The notes under the pieces are model-generated. The model was not told where the DNA came from. It worked only from the letters and a program-made list of their open reading frames with translations, and searched no databases. A stretch of 61,770 nt of DNA, from the NCBI RefSeq assembly GCF_001194135.2, contig NC_069006.1, forward strand, positions 12,153,630 to 12,215,399, read 5' to 3'. Shown piece by piece: positions 61,420 to 61,770 of the stretch (its first letter is position 1; every line of letters starts with the position of its first letter). The DNA is from Octopus bimaculoides. Lineage: Eukaryota. A program made the translations under genes and the position numbers.

Positions 61420-61770
61420 AGCCACTCTAGCCCGGCAATGGGCTGAGAGGAAGCTTTCCCTAAAAGGTCGAGCAGAGGTGGCAAACACGTACATCGCGTC
61501 CGTCATCTACTACTGCCTGACCGTCGTTCCTTGTCCCGACCCTACCATCACCAAGCTGGAGCGCATCCTTTTCCGCTTCTTGTGGAAAGGAAGCGTTCCG
61601 ATGGTTAGGCGATCCGTTTGCTGCCAACACCCGTTAAAAGGAGGACTGGGCATGCCATGGTTGATGATGCGCAGACACGCGCTGAGACTGCGACATCTCC
61701 GGCTCTACGTAGACGACGGTGAGAGGTGTGGTCGCTGTTTGTGCGGCGCGCTTTCCCTCAGCTCGTCTCC
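61420..61770 (+). mobile_element. Young L1/Tx1-clade LINE fragment running off the window
   Basis: Open frame LARQWAERKLSLKGRAEVANTYIASVIYYCLTVVPCPDPTITKLERILFRFLWKGSVPMVRRSVCCQHPLKGGLGMP..RRHALRLRHL (LS..GR / FLW.G / GGLG motifs of L1/Tx1 ORF2); CpG-rich. Confidence 0.9.

Larger units (their letters stand above)
52770..61425. repeat. Extended degenerate (TCCA/TCTA/TCTG)n field interrupted by TEs
   Basis: Tetranucleotide-derived sequence at 52770-53760, 56370-56408, 57800-59437, 60522-60631 and 60977-61420; a 20-bp higher-order unit (ctatcctcctgtccatctat-like) occurs at 59140-59280. Confidence 0.9.

Overview
AT-rich, gap-ridden eukaryotic genomic DNA. It is probably an octopus or another coleoid cephalopod; this is inferred from recalled repeat families and the dense (TA)n/(TG)n/(TCTA)n tracts, not from a search. 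One host gene is visible: the 5' part of a minus-strand neprilysin/ECE-like (peptidase M13) type II membrane metallopeptidase. Four exons are well supported (9388-9524, 8332-8388, 4161-4322, 232-315). A probable 14-nt first coding exon at 49180-49193 implies a ~39.7-kb first intron. The spliced product reads MEESGLETTTKRGNRPFIWLEMRTVMISLCILATGLGISLVVILSMKNQKDPQQLALENLCLTKDCVKAAARLMDAMNTKVDPCDNFYDFACGSWKRLNPIPEDSSSYSTFEQLRNQLQSLLKDLLESEISDEENISIQKAKILYSSCMNK and continues off the left edge. The rest is mostly transposon debris: two TTAA-flanked piggyBac deletion derivatives, tRNA-derived SINEs, RTE, CR1-group, HERO/NeSL-like and L1/Tx1 LINE fragments, a Penelope-like RT, a CsRn1-type Ty3/gypsy element with two unrelated LTRs, tandem Helitron-like units and two mariners. 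The most unusual block is 22.4-28.8 kb: a decayed Myb/SANT + coiled-coil + CCCH-finger ORF, then a duplicated pLTR-like segment with a hammerhead-like motif, then the Penelope RT, then an inverted-repeat-flanked ORF. A cluster of four Tx1-like insertions sits in microsatellite at 53.8-61.8 kb. No CRISPR, rRNA or true tRNA gene was found.
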